UHGV virus genome: UHGV-0031053 | Source: a virus | Length of the DNA: 54,577 nucleotides | Strand: one strand, 5' to 3' | Part shown: piece by piece, positions 48,114-54,577 of the stretch | Numbering within the stretch: the stretch's first letter is position 1 | Layout of the letters: the number at the start of each line of letters is the position of its first letter | The notes under the pieces: generated by a model | The model's input: the letters and a program-made list of their open reading frames with translations, nothing else | What the model was told of the DNA's origin: nothing | The model's database searches: none | Translations under genes and position numbers: made by a program

Positions 48114-48188
48114 TTATCTACTCCGTTAAAGGGGATTGCAGATACATTGCATTCCCTTTAATTGTTTTATACATCTTTTATTGATATT

Positions 48189-48240
48189 TGTCAACGCAGA
48201 AAAAACAAATTATTTTGTGGAGGTAAAGATAGTATGAAAA
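48189..48240 (+). promoter_or_regulatory. 55-bp leader repeat copy B with candidate sigma-70-like promoter (-35 TTGTCA 48188-93, -10 TATTTT 48211-16)
   Basis: 17-bp spacing. Leads into ATG 48234. Confidence 0.4.
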
Positions 48241-48494
48241 CAAATAATAGAATTGAAATAAATGAAGGAGATGTGTACGCTATAGTTACAACAAGTGAAG
48301 TCGAAAGAGATAAGTATATCACTGAGGGTTATAAATATGTAATGTTCAGCATAAAAGCTGGACTTACTAAATATTACCTTAGCAAAGATAATACTCTTAA
48401 AGGAATATTTCACAAAGATGATACTATAGCCGATGCTCAAGATTTATCAAATTTATTCAATAGAATATTTGATAGTTGGTCATATATCTATTAA
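48234..48494 (+). CDS. hypothetical protein (first early gene rightward of int)
   Basis: ORF track frame 48162 (TTG). ATG 48234 follows GGAGGTAAAG. Confidence 0.45.
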   Translation: MKTNNRIEINEGDVYAIVTTSEVERDKYITEGYKYVMFSIKAGLTKYYLSKDNTLKGIFHKDDTIADAQDLSNLFNRIFDSWSYIY

Positions 48495-48497
48495 TTA

Positions 48498-48569
48498 AAT
48501 AATTGAGTCATTGATATTTTTCAGTGACTCTTTTATTTTGCTCGCAAAATTTACAAGTATATTAATGGA
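48498..48569 (+). promoter_or_regulatory. terminator-box cassette: AATAATTGAGTCATTGATA...CAGTGACTC hairpin + TTTTATTTTG + 28-mer CGCAAAATTTACAAGTATATTAATGGA
   Basis: The hairpin part is duplicated at 52859-52906. The 28-mer part is duplicated at 45689-45717. Confidence 0.5.
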
Positions 48570-48659
48570 CAAGGTGGGATACTGAGTCCATTATTTTTTG
48601 TCAAATATGAAAAGGAGGAAATTGTATGATGAAAGAAGAAAAGAAAAAGGGGGAAAATA

Positions 48660-48908
48660 ATGAATTCATTAGGAAAAAAATATTTAGCTAAATTTGGAGT
48701 AGGATTAATTGCTACAGCTACTCTTGACGCAATTATTACTCTAAATGCTGAAAAGATTAAATTTCTTGAAGGCGAAAAATTCGATAAAGAAAGCAAATTT
48801 AAGCGATATGCTATAAGTCTTTCTGAAGGATTTATTGTTGGAGTTGTTTGTAGTGTACCAGTATTATTTGCGGGTATAAATTTTTATAAAACATATAGAA
48901 GGAGGTAA
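48660..48908 (+). CDS. small membrane protein
   Basis: ORF track. Preceded by a 20-codon upstream ORF (48629-48691) that has a stronger RBS (AAAGGAGGAA). Confidence 0.4.
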   Translation: MNSLGKKYLAKFGVGLIATATLDAIITLNAEKIKFLEGEKFDKESKFKRYAISLSEGFIVGVVCSVPVLFAGINFYKTYRRR

Positions 48909-48911
48909 CAT

Positions 48912-49064
48912 ATGAAACATATTGTATGGGGCATAGTTACTGTTTGGGTTGCTGGTATTGCATGCCAAACGGTAGAGAATATTGCCAACGCAAAATTTGA
49001 TGTGGTTAAATACATATCTAATAATCAGAAAGATATTTAATGAAAATGTGCTCAAGTTGATTTA
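48912..49064 (+). CDS. small hydrophobic protein, 50 aa (not in ORF track)
   Basis: AGGAGGTAACAT then ATG 48912. MKHIVWGIVTVWVAGIACQTVENIANAKFDVVKYISIIRKIFNENVLKLI. Confidence 0.35.
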
Positions 49065-49089
49065 ACAGCTTGGGCTTTTTTATTTATAA
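49049..49089 (+). promoter_or_regulatory. terminator hairpin (GCTCAAG...CTTGGGC + T6) overlapping a sigma-70-like promoter (-35 TTAACA 49061-66, 17 bp, -10 TATAAT 49084-89)
   Basis: Read directly. Upstream of the 49114 gene. Confidence 0.4.
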
Positions 49090-49113
49090 TCAGGTGCAAA
49101 AAAGAAAAGGAGA

Positions 49114-49872
49114 ATGAATAATATGAATAAAAAAATAACATTAAAGGCGTTTTTTGATAGTGAAAAAAGCTTGGCTATTCATTGTGATAGCGAGTGGAAA
49201 GCAAAACAGTTATTAAGAGCTTTCCATAAAATGGGAAAGCATTGGCGTGATGAGAAGAGTTATTTAGACGAGAGTTGTTGGGAGGTGTATTATGAGAAAA
49301 CTTGTTATTCAAACAATGGAGGATTTGAGAAATTAGATTGGCTTACGGAGCATTATGACGCTGTTTATGAATTTGAAGATGTATATTTACCTAACGATGA
49401 AGATATAGCAACAGCAATGGCTGAATTAAAGAGAACCATTAATAGTGCATACGATCTTACATCTGTTAAAAAAGTGTTTGATATACTAGGTGTTGAACCA
49501 AATGAAGAATTTAAAATTAAACACAATGATTATACATATGTTCCACATTATAAAATAGATGAAGAATTACATGTATGGATTGCTGGATCGTATTGGTTAC
49601 GTTCTGGTATAAATCTAGCTGATTTTATAGTAGGAACTTATGAAATCATTAAATTACCAAAGAAAAAGAAATTAAGAGATTTAACATTAGAAGATTATAA
49701 AAAATACTATAAATACTGTAATTGTCTTGAATGTGATAAATGCCCATTTAAAATGATACAATGTTGTCCTGAAATACGAAATTGTTGGATATATAATAAA
49801 TCAATATTAAAGGCTGAGGCTCTAGACCAAGAGGTAGAAATACCAATCGAAACTGAGGAGGAGAATGAATAA
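49114..49872 (+). CDS. modular Cys-rich family protein, long form (N-terminal module + FDILGVEP module + Cys-rich tail)
   Basis: VKKVFDILGVEPNEEFKIK...IIKLPKKKKLRDLTLEDYKKY...CNCLECDKCPF...CCPEIRNCW...LDQEVEIP. N-terminal ~110 aa parallel the next gene. Confidence 0.55.
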   Translation: MNNMNKKITLKAFFDSEKSLAIHCDSEWKAKQLLRAFHKMGKHWRDEKSYLDESCWEVYYEKTCYSNNGGFEKLDWLTEHYDAVYEFEDVYLPNDEDIATAMAELKRTINSAYDLTSVKKVFDILGVEPNEEFKIKHNDYTYVPHYKIDEELHVWIAGSYWLRSGINLADFIVGTYEIIKLPKKKKLRDLTLEDYKKYYKYCNCLECDKCPFKMIQCCPEIRNCWIYNKSILKAEALDQEVEIPIETEEENE

Positions 49873-50356
49873 TATGAATAAAAAAATAACTTTAAAAGAG
49901 TTTTTTGATAGTAATTGTAAGCTGGCCATTAAATGCTCTACTGAAGAAGAAGCTAAGAAATTATTAAGGGCTTTTGACAGAATGGATAAGAGGTGGACAG
50001 ATGGCAATAGTTATCTAGGAATTACTTGTTGGAAAGACTATAGAAGTGATACATGTTATTCAAATTCAGGTTACTATGCTGATGTTAACCATTATGCCGA
50101 ATCAGATTATCAAATATACAATTTTGAAGATGTAATTTTAGAGGATAATGAATTTAGCGATATTGCTAAAAAAGTATTTGAGCTACTTGGTGTTGAGCCA
50201 AACGAAGATTTTAGACTTAAGACATCTGCACATATGTTGAATGAAATTTTTTACATCAATGAAAATTTAATAGTTATTTATAAAAAGTATCAGTGTGTCT
50301 TTAATAATGGTTTGATTAGCATTCTTAATGGCAAATATAAAATTGTTAAATTATGA
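49865..50356 (+). CDS. modular family protein lacking the Cys-rich tail (tandem paralog of 49114-49872)
   Basis: Same start MNNMNKKITLK.FFDS...LLRAF...CYSN.G. Contains AKKVFELLGVEPNEDFRLK. Confidence 0.5.
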   Translation: MNNMNKKITLKEFFDSNCKLAIKCSTEEEAKKLLRAFDRMDKRWTDGNSYLGITCWKDYRSDTCYSNSGYYADVNHYAESDYQIYNFEDVILEDNEFSDIAKKVFELLGVEPNEDFRLKTSAHMLNEIFYINENLIVIYKKYQCVFNNGLISILNGKYKIVKL

Positions 50357-50374
50357 TGAAAAGGAGGATAAATA

Positions 50375-50641
50375 ATGGATGAGCTAAAATTCCCAACTGG
50401 AAGTGTCCCAGTATCTATAGTTGCAAAAATTTATGGAAAAGATTCCTGTTGGGTTAGGGCTGGAATTATATCTGGTTGGCTCCCTATTGGTTTAGCTACT
50501 AGAAATGGCAAACAAATAACTAGTATCTCTGAAATAAATGGTAGAGAAGGAAGGATAAATTTTTATGTTTCACCAAAGTTGCTTTATGAGCAAACTGGAT
50601 ATTTATGGCCGGGAAAACAAATCCCAAAAGCAAAAGAGTAA
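50375..50641 (+). CDS. hypothetical protein
   Basis: ORF track. RBS AAGGAGG. Confidence 0.45.
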   Translation: MDELKFPTGSVPVSIVAKIYGKDSCWVRAGIISGWLPIGLATRNGKQITSISEINGREGRINFYVSPKLLYEQTGYLWPGKQIPKAKE

Positions 50642-50666
50642 TCAATAATAAGAAAGAGGAATAAAA

Positions 50667-51125
50667 ATGAGTGATCCAAAAATTGAATATTACGTACCTT
50701 ATCGTATGAGAAATGAATTAAAGTGGATGTGTAGACAGTACCATCAGTATCAAAAAATGCTTAATGGAATTGAAAAACTTAATGATACTAAATATAAAGT
50801 GCTACATGGTAAAGATTTGTTAGACTTTATAAATAATTATCCTTTACAAAGGGATTTCTTAACAACAAGAATTGCTATAATAAGCGATGCTGCAAAAAAT
50901 ACAATCAATGCATGTAATGTACAACCTAATTTATATATTAAATTATTAGCTGCTGTTACACGAGGAGTTTCATATGAAAAGCTTCGTGAAAGATATAAAA
51001 ATTTCAATATTTCAAAGGAAGAATTCTCAGCTCTTAAATATCGTTATTGGTATGAATTGGCTGAGTTATTCATGAAAAATGAATTTTGGAGAATTAGAAA
51101 ATGTTTAAATCATGGAAGAAATTAA
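50667..51125 (+). CDS. hypothetical protein (possible ArpU/RinA-like phage transcriptional regulator)
   Basis: Size ~150 aa, basic/aromatic composition. Weak resemblance only. Confidence 0.25.
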   Translation: MSDPKIEYYVPYRMRNELKWMCRQYHQYQKMLNGIEKLNDTKYKVLHGKDLLDFINNYPLQRDFLTTRIAIISDAAKNTINACNVQPNLYIKLLAAVTRGVSYEKLRERYKNFNISKEEFSALKYRYWYELAELFMKNEFWRIRKCLNHGRN

Positions 51126-51397
51126 AAGAAGGTATCAATGGCACAAAGGAAAAGGCTGAATCAGCCATTGAAAAAACATCAGCCAATGTGAATGAAGCTA
51201 TACAAAAGACTAACGAGTTATTAAACGTTAGCTCTGAAAATATAGAATTTGCTGTCGGCATATTGTGTGGGGTTGCTGCTGTAAAAATTGTACAAGGTGT
51301 AACAAAAACAATTGCTAATATCAAGATGATAAAAGTACTCGATACAGCAAATGAAATACTTAAATACACTAAATGGAATGGAGGAAACCTAAAATGA
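51101..51397 (+). CDS. hypothetical protein
   Basis: ORF track. Overlaps neighbours at both ends. Confidence 0.4.
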   Translation: MFKSWKKLKEGINGTKEKAESAIEKTSANVNEAIQKTNELLNVSSENIEFAVGILCGVAAVKIVQGVTKTIANIKMIKVLDTANEILKYTKWNGGNLK

Positions 51398-51615
51398 GAC
51401 ATGTTAGAGAAGTTGCTATACGACTTGGCAGAGCTATTGGTTTAGTTGCTTTAGGTGCAGTTATTGACAAGTACTATACAATGCTAAAAACAAATGCTGT
51501 TGGAAATCTTAAGATTATTAAAGATGAAAATGGCGATGATATGTTCTTCGAAGTGATTGACAAAGACTTATTGGATAAGTCCGACACAATTATATTACGT
51601 GTCATTAGAAAATAA
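51394..51615 (+). CDS. hypothetical protein
   Basis: ORF track frame 51373. ATG 51394 sits 8 nt after GGAGGA and overlaps the upstream stop (ATGA). Confidence 0.4.
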   Translation: MRHVREVAIRLGRAIGLVALGAVIDKYYTMLKTNAVGNLKIIKDENGDDMFFEVIDKDLLDKSDTIILRVIRK

Positions 51616-51673
51616 CGCAGACACTGCAACTACCTTAATGGAAACTTATTGATTATAAAGGAGGATAAATTAG

Positions 51674-52216
51674 ATGAATAATAATCAAAAGGTAGCATTT
51701 AACAGTGCATTAAATAATATCATTAATGACCTAAACACAGAATCAAAATTAAGCTATAGTGGTGTTGATAAAGCAGCAAAATTATCAAAGCTAATGAAAA
51801 ATGTAGCTGATGCCAGTAAATTAATTGATGGTAGCAATGAAAAAAGCTTAGAAAATGAGATGCTAAGAGCTAAAATTAATGATTTAAATGAGCAACGAAA
51901 AATTAGGTACTCTGAAATAGAGATTGAGCGTGAAAGAATTAATTATCAACGTGAAAAGGACATTATGGATGCTCATCTTGAAGAAGAGAAAATTAAATTG
52001 GAGTATGCCAAAATTAAGTCTGAGGAAGCTAAAGCAAAGCGAGAAAGCAAAAGTGATCTCATCAAAACTACAGTATCAACTATAGCAAAAGGAGCTATTG
52101 AGGTAATTCCTGTTGTGTCATATGTATGGCTAAGTTTGGTTGGGTTAAAATGTGAATTGAGTGGCGAGGCAATACTACCTAAGGTATTCACTAAAACAGT
52201 TGACAGATTAAAATAA
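51674..52216 (+). CDS. coiled-coil protein with C-terminal TM anchor
   Basis: K/E-rich heptad-like centre. C-terminus AIEVIPVVSYVWLSLVGL. Confidence 0.45.
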   Translation: MNNNQKVAFNSALNNIINDLNTESKLSYSGVDKAAKLSKLMKNVADASKLIDGSNEKSLENEMLRAKINDLNEQRKIRYSEIEIERERINYQREKDIMDAHLEEEKIKLEYAKIKSEEAKAKRESKSDLIKTTVSTIAKGAIEVIPVVSYVWLSLVGLKCELSGEAILPKVFTKTVDRLK

Positions 52217-52346
52217 GTTAACAATAGATAAGGAAATGTGCAAAATAAACATATTTCCTTAGTCTTTGGCTTGATAATTTAATATTTAATGAAGTATAAT
52301 TAATGCAGATGTATACATTAAAAATATTTCGAAAAGGAGTGGTATT

Positions 52347-52619
52347 ATGGATAAAACAGTATGCCCAATTTGTGGTAGAGAACTTGAGGAAGAGCAAGAC
52401 TTTTACTCAGGTGAATCACGTTATTATTGCAGATATTGCAATGAAACATTCGAGGAGGATGACGTTGACTACATCGATGATGAAGAATATGAGGATGTTC
52501 CTGAAGAGGACAAAGAAATATTCGAAATGATGCAAGACGATATCCCAGACGTATGTGAATCTTGCGGTGGAGATTATCCTCATTGCAAACGTGGATGCCA
52601 TTTATTGGATGATGATTAA
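52347..52619 (+). CDS. highly acidic zinc-ribbon protein
   Basis: CPICG...CRYCN...CESCGG...CKRGC with D/E-rich linker (DDVDYIDDEEYEDVPEEDKE). Confidence 0.5.
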   Translation: MDKTVCPICGRELEEEQDFYSGESRYYCRYCNETFEEDDVDYIDDEEYEDVPEEDKEIFEMMQDDIPDVCESCGGDYPHCKRGCHLLDDD

Positions 52620-52666
52620 TATACTCCTTTAGAAGTTGTTACAAACTCGCAGAAATTACACTTCCT

Positions 52667-52852
52667 TTGATGAGAAGGAGGAATGATGATATGTTGAAGA
52701 ATTGGGACTTAAATCAAAAGTTAAAGTTAGCTTCTTTAATAACGACATCAGTTGCAACAGTAGCAGAAGTAGCTATGTTTGTAATGAAGAGAAGAGAAAA
52801 GAAACAGAAGCAATTAACTAATGAAGCAGATGAAACATCATCAAAAAATTAA
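52667..52852 (+). CDS. small membrane protein
   Basis: ORF track. RBS AGAAGGAGGAATG. Hydrophobic LASLITTSVATVAEVAMFV. Confidence 0.4.
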   Translation: MMRRRNDDMLKNWDLNQKLKLASLITTSVATVAEVAMFVMKRREKKQKQLTNEADETSSKN

Positions 52853-52858
52853 ATAGAA

Positions 52859-52925
52859 AATAATTGAGTCATTGATAATGAATAAATCAGTGGCTCTTTT
52901 ATTTTTGCCTAAAAATTGGTTAGGC
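52859..52925 (+). terminator. duplicate of the 48498 terminator cassette plus a second hairpin GCCTAA...TTAGGC
   Basis: AATAATTGAGTCATTGATA...CAGTGGCTC then TTTTATTTTTGCC. Then GCCTAAaaattggTTAGGC flanked by A/T runs (possible bidirectional). Confidence 0.45.
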
Positions 52926-52953
52926 GAAAAAAAATAGTGTAGAGGAGGAAAAT

Positions 52954-53796
52954 ATGGACACTAAAATGCAAAGAAAGTTGGCAATTGGTTTATCACTGCT
53001 AAATTCAATTGGTGTAATCGCAACAATTGGAACAGCAATAAAAGGAACTAAATTGGCAACAAAAAAACTAAATAATTCTGAAAAAAAACTTAACAAGAAG
53101 GAAGTTTTTAAACTTGTGTGGAAGGATTATATTCCTACAGCAGTTGTTGCTACGGCTACTATTGCTAGTGGTTTATCATCAGCATTGTTATCAAGAAAAG
53201 TGGAGGCATCATTGATTAGTGCTGCTACAATGATTGATTACAATTATAAGAAGTATAAAGATAAAGTAAAAGAAATGCTTGGAGTAGATGGCGAACGTCA
53301 AGTTACAAGTTCTATTGCGAATGATAAGTTCGATGCGCAAAAAGAAGAAATAATTGAAAAACTAAAGAACTCTAATCGTAAATTATTTTACGAAGAGCAT
53401 ATTGGTTTCTTCATAGCTGATGAGACCGATATTGCATGGGCTATTAATCAGTTAAATGAGGATGTTTCTTTTGCCTCATATTCATCTAATGGGTTTACGA
53501 CATTAAAAAAATTTATCGAGTATTCGCGTGCTGAATTATTAGACAAAGAGGTTGAAGAAGGATGGTTTAACTTCGGATGGTCTTGTGATTACTTAAGTGA
53601 AGAATGGGAAAATGTTTGGATTCATGTTTATTTAAGAGATGATATTGAAGAATACGGAAATCCATATACTGAGGTATGTTGGTGCGAAACACCAGTTTAT
53701 AATCCCGAATGTTGGTATGAGTGGAGTACAGAACACACAATTTCATTAGAAGAATATAGGAAAGGAGCACCAAAACAATATGAAATCGAAAGTTAA
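52954..53796 (+). CDS. membrane protein, paralog family member (with 1024-2046 and 53780-54544)
   Basis: KDYIPTAVVATATIASGLSSALLSRKVEASLISAATMIDYNYKKYKDKVKEMLGVDGE parallels the other two members. Confidence 0.5.
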   Translation: MDTKMQRKLAIGLSLLNSIGVIATIGTAIKGTKLATKKLNNSEKKLNKKEVFKLVWKDYIPTAVVATATIASGLSSALLSRKVEASLISAATMIDYNYKKYKDKVKEMLGVDGERQVTSSIANDKFDAQKEEIIEKLKNSNRKLFYEEHIGFFIADETDIAWAINQLNEDVSFASYSSNGFTTLKKFIEYSRAELLDKEVEEGWFNFGWSCDYLSEEWENVWIHVYLRDDIEEYGNPYTEVCWCETPVYNPECWYEWSTEHTISLEEYRKGAPKQYEIES

Positions 53797-54544
53797 CCAG
53801 TTGATTAGATCAATTAAGCCTTGGCTAAGTAAACATAGTAATGCTATTATGACTGGAACTGGTATGTGTTTAGTTGCTGCAACAGTAGCTCATACTGGAT
53901 ATGCAACCTTTAAGGCAACTAAAAAGATTGAAAAATTAAAAGAAACAAAATCTTTAACTAAGACAGAAATAGTTAAAGAGACTTGGAAGTATTATGTTCC
54001 ACCAGTAGTTGAGTTTCTATCTGCTGAGCTATTAATATTTGGTGGGTTCAGAGCTGAGAGTAAAAAAGTGGCAGCATTGTCGCTTGCTTATACAGCAGCT
54101 GAAACAGCTTTAACCGAATATCAAGATACCGTTAAAGAAGTTGTAGGCGAAAAAAAAGAGAATGAAATTCGTGAGAAAACAAGTGAAAAAGTAGTCCAAA
54201 AATTAGACAATAATGTTGTGCAATCATTACCAATACTTGATGATGGAGCAGTATGGTTTATAGATGATTTAACAAGACAAGCTCCATTTAAGTCCACTTG
54301 GCAAGATGTAAGAGCTAAGGCAAATGATTTAAATTGTCGAATTAACACTAATGCAGAAGGATTAGTAACTGTAAATGATTGGCTAGATGAATTAGGATTA
54401 GAACCAGTTGCAACAGGTTATGAGCTTGGATGGCGTTGGAATCATTTAATTGACATTCGTTTAGATGCATCTGTAAGAGATGGGCGAGTATTCGGTGTCA
54501 TTAGGTACATAAATATGCCTGTAGTATTAAACAGTGATTATTAA
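53780..54544 (+). CDS. membrane protein, paralog family member
   Basis: KYYVPPVVEFLSAELLIFGGFRAESKKVAALSLAYTAAETALTEYQDTVKEVVGE. Confidence 0.5.
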   Translation: MKSKVNQLIRSIKPWLSKHSNAIMTGTGMCLVAATVAHTGYATFKATKKIEKLKETKSLTKTEIVKETWKYYVPPVVEFLSAELLIFGGFRAESKKVAALSLAYTAAETALTEYQDTVKEVVGEKKENEIREKTSEKVVQKLDNNVVQSLPILDDGAVWFIDDLTRQAPFKSTWQDVRAKANDLNCRINTNAEGLVTVNDWLDELGLEPVATGYELGWRWNHLIDIRLDASVRDGRVFGVIRYINMPVVLNSDY

Positions 54545-54577
54545 AAAAGTCGCAGAAAAATTTAATGGAGGAAGAAA

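Larger units (their letters stand above)
1..54577. mobile_element. Tailed-phage (siphovirus-like) genome or prophage spanning the entire window
   Basis: Terminase, portal, capsid, tape measure, Dit/Tal, holins, integrase and replication genes. Uniform AT-rich composition. Unidirectional + strand gene order with no host genes. Confidence 0.85.

Noticed and set aside
52303-52530. ORF 52303-52530 overlapping the acidic zinc-ribbon gene
   Set aside because: Different frame with no RBS. The zinc-ribbon frame has the Cys-pair pattern and a GGAG RBS.
1-54577. tRNA/rRNA genes
   Set aside because: No cloverleaf-like GC-rich segments recognised in intergenic regions. The only GC-rich island (18042-18120) does not fit tRNA structure.

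Overview
The whole 54.6-kb window is AT-rich tailed-phage or prophage DNA from a low-GC Gram-positive host (GGAGG-type RBS, lipobox protein, holins); no cellular housekeeping genes, tRNA, rRNA or CRISPR array was recognised. Every gene is on the + strand except one tyrosine integrase (46550-47752, -). Layout: (a) early/replication region 1-12960 and 48234-54577, whose gene families continue across the window ends, so this looks like a permuted or complete genome. It holds a 1315-aa protein fusing a P-loop NTPase, an AEP-type primase domain and a family-B DNA polymerase, an SF2 helicase, and several expanded paralog families (Cys-rich modular family, membrane-protein family, tandem membrane pair). 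(b) An 800-bp non-coding hub 12961-13754 packed with phased repeats. (c) Late region 13755-45376: VRR-NUC nuclease, a PD-(D/E)XK-like nuclease, TerS, HNH, TerL, portal, protease-capsid fusion, tail genes with an 1821-aa tape measure, Dit/Tal, a lipoprotein, fibres including a collagen-like one, and holin-like genes. (d) Moron/lysogeny region 45463-48233 with integrase, a zf-ISL3-like gene and duplicated terminator-promoter cassettes. The most striking element is the first gene of the late region, a 1003-aa single-chain protein carrying both double-psi beta-barrel catalytic motifs of multisubunit RNA polymerases (beta-like GDK..KG..DIV.N and beta-prime-like ADFDGD..V.PLS). It is fused to three HTH modules and carries an N-terminal motif that is repeated in three small proteins surrounding the terminase gene. 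No canonical endolysin was recognised. Product calls rest on motifs read by eye and should be treated as hypotheses until checked by HMM or structure search.
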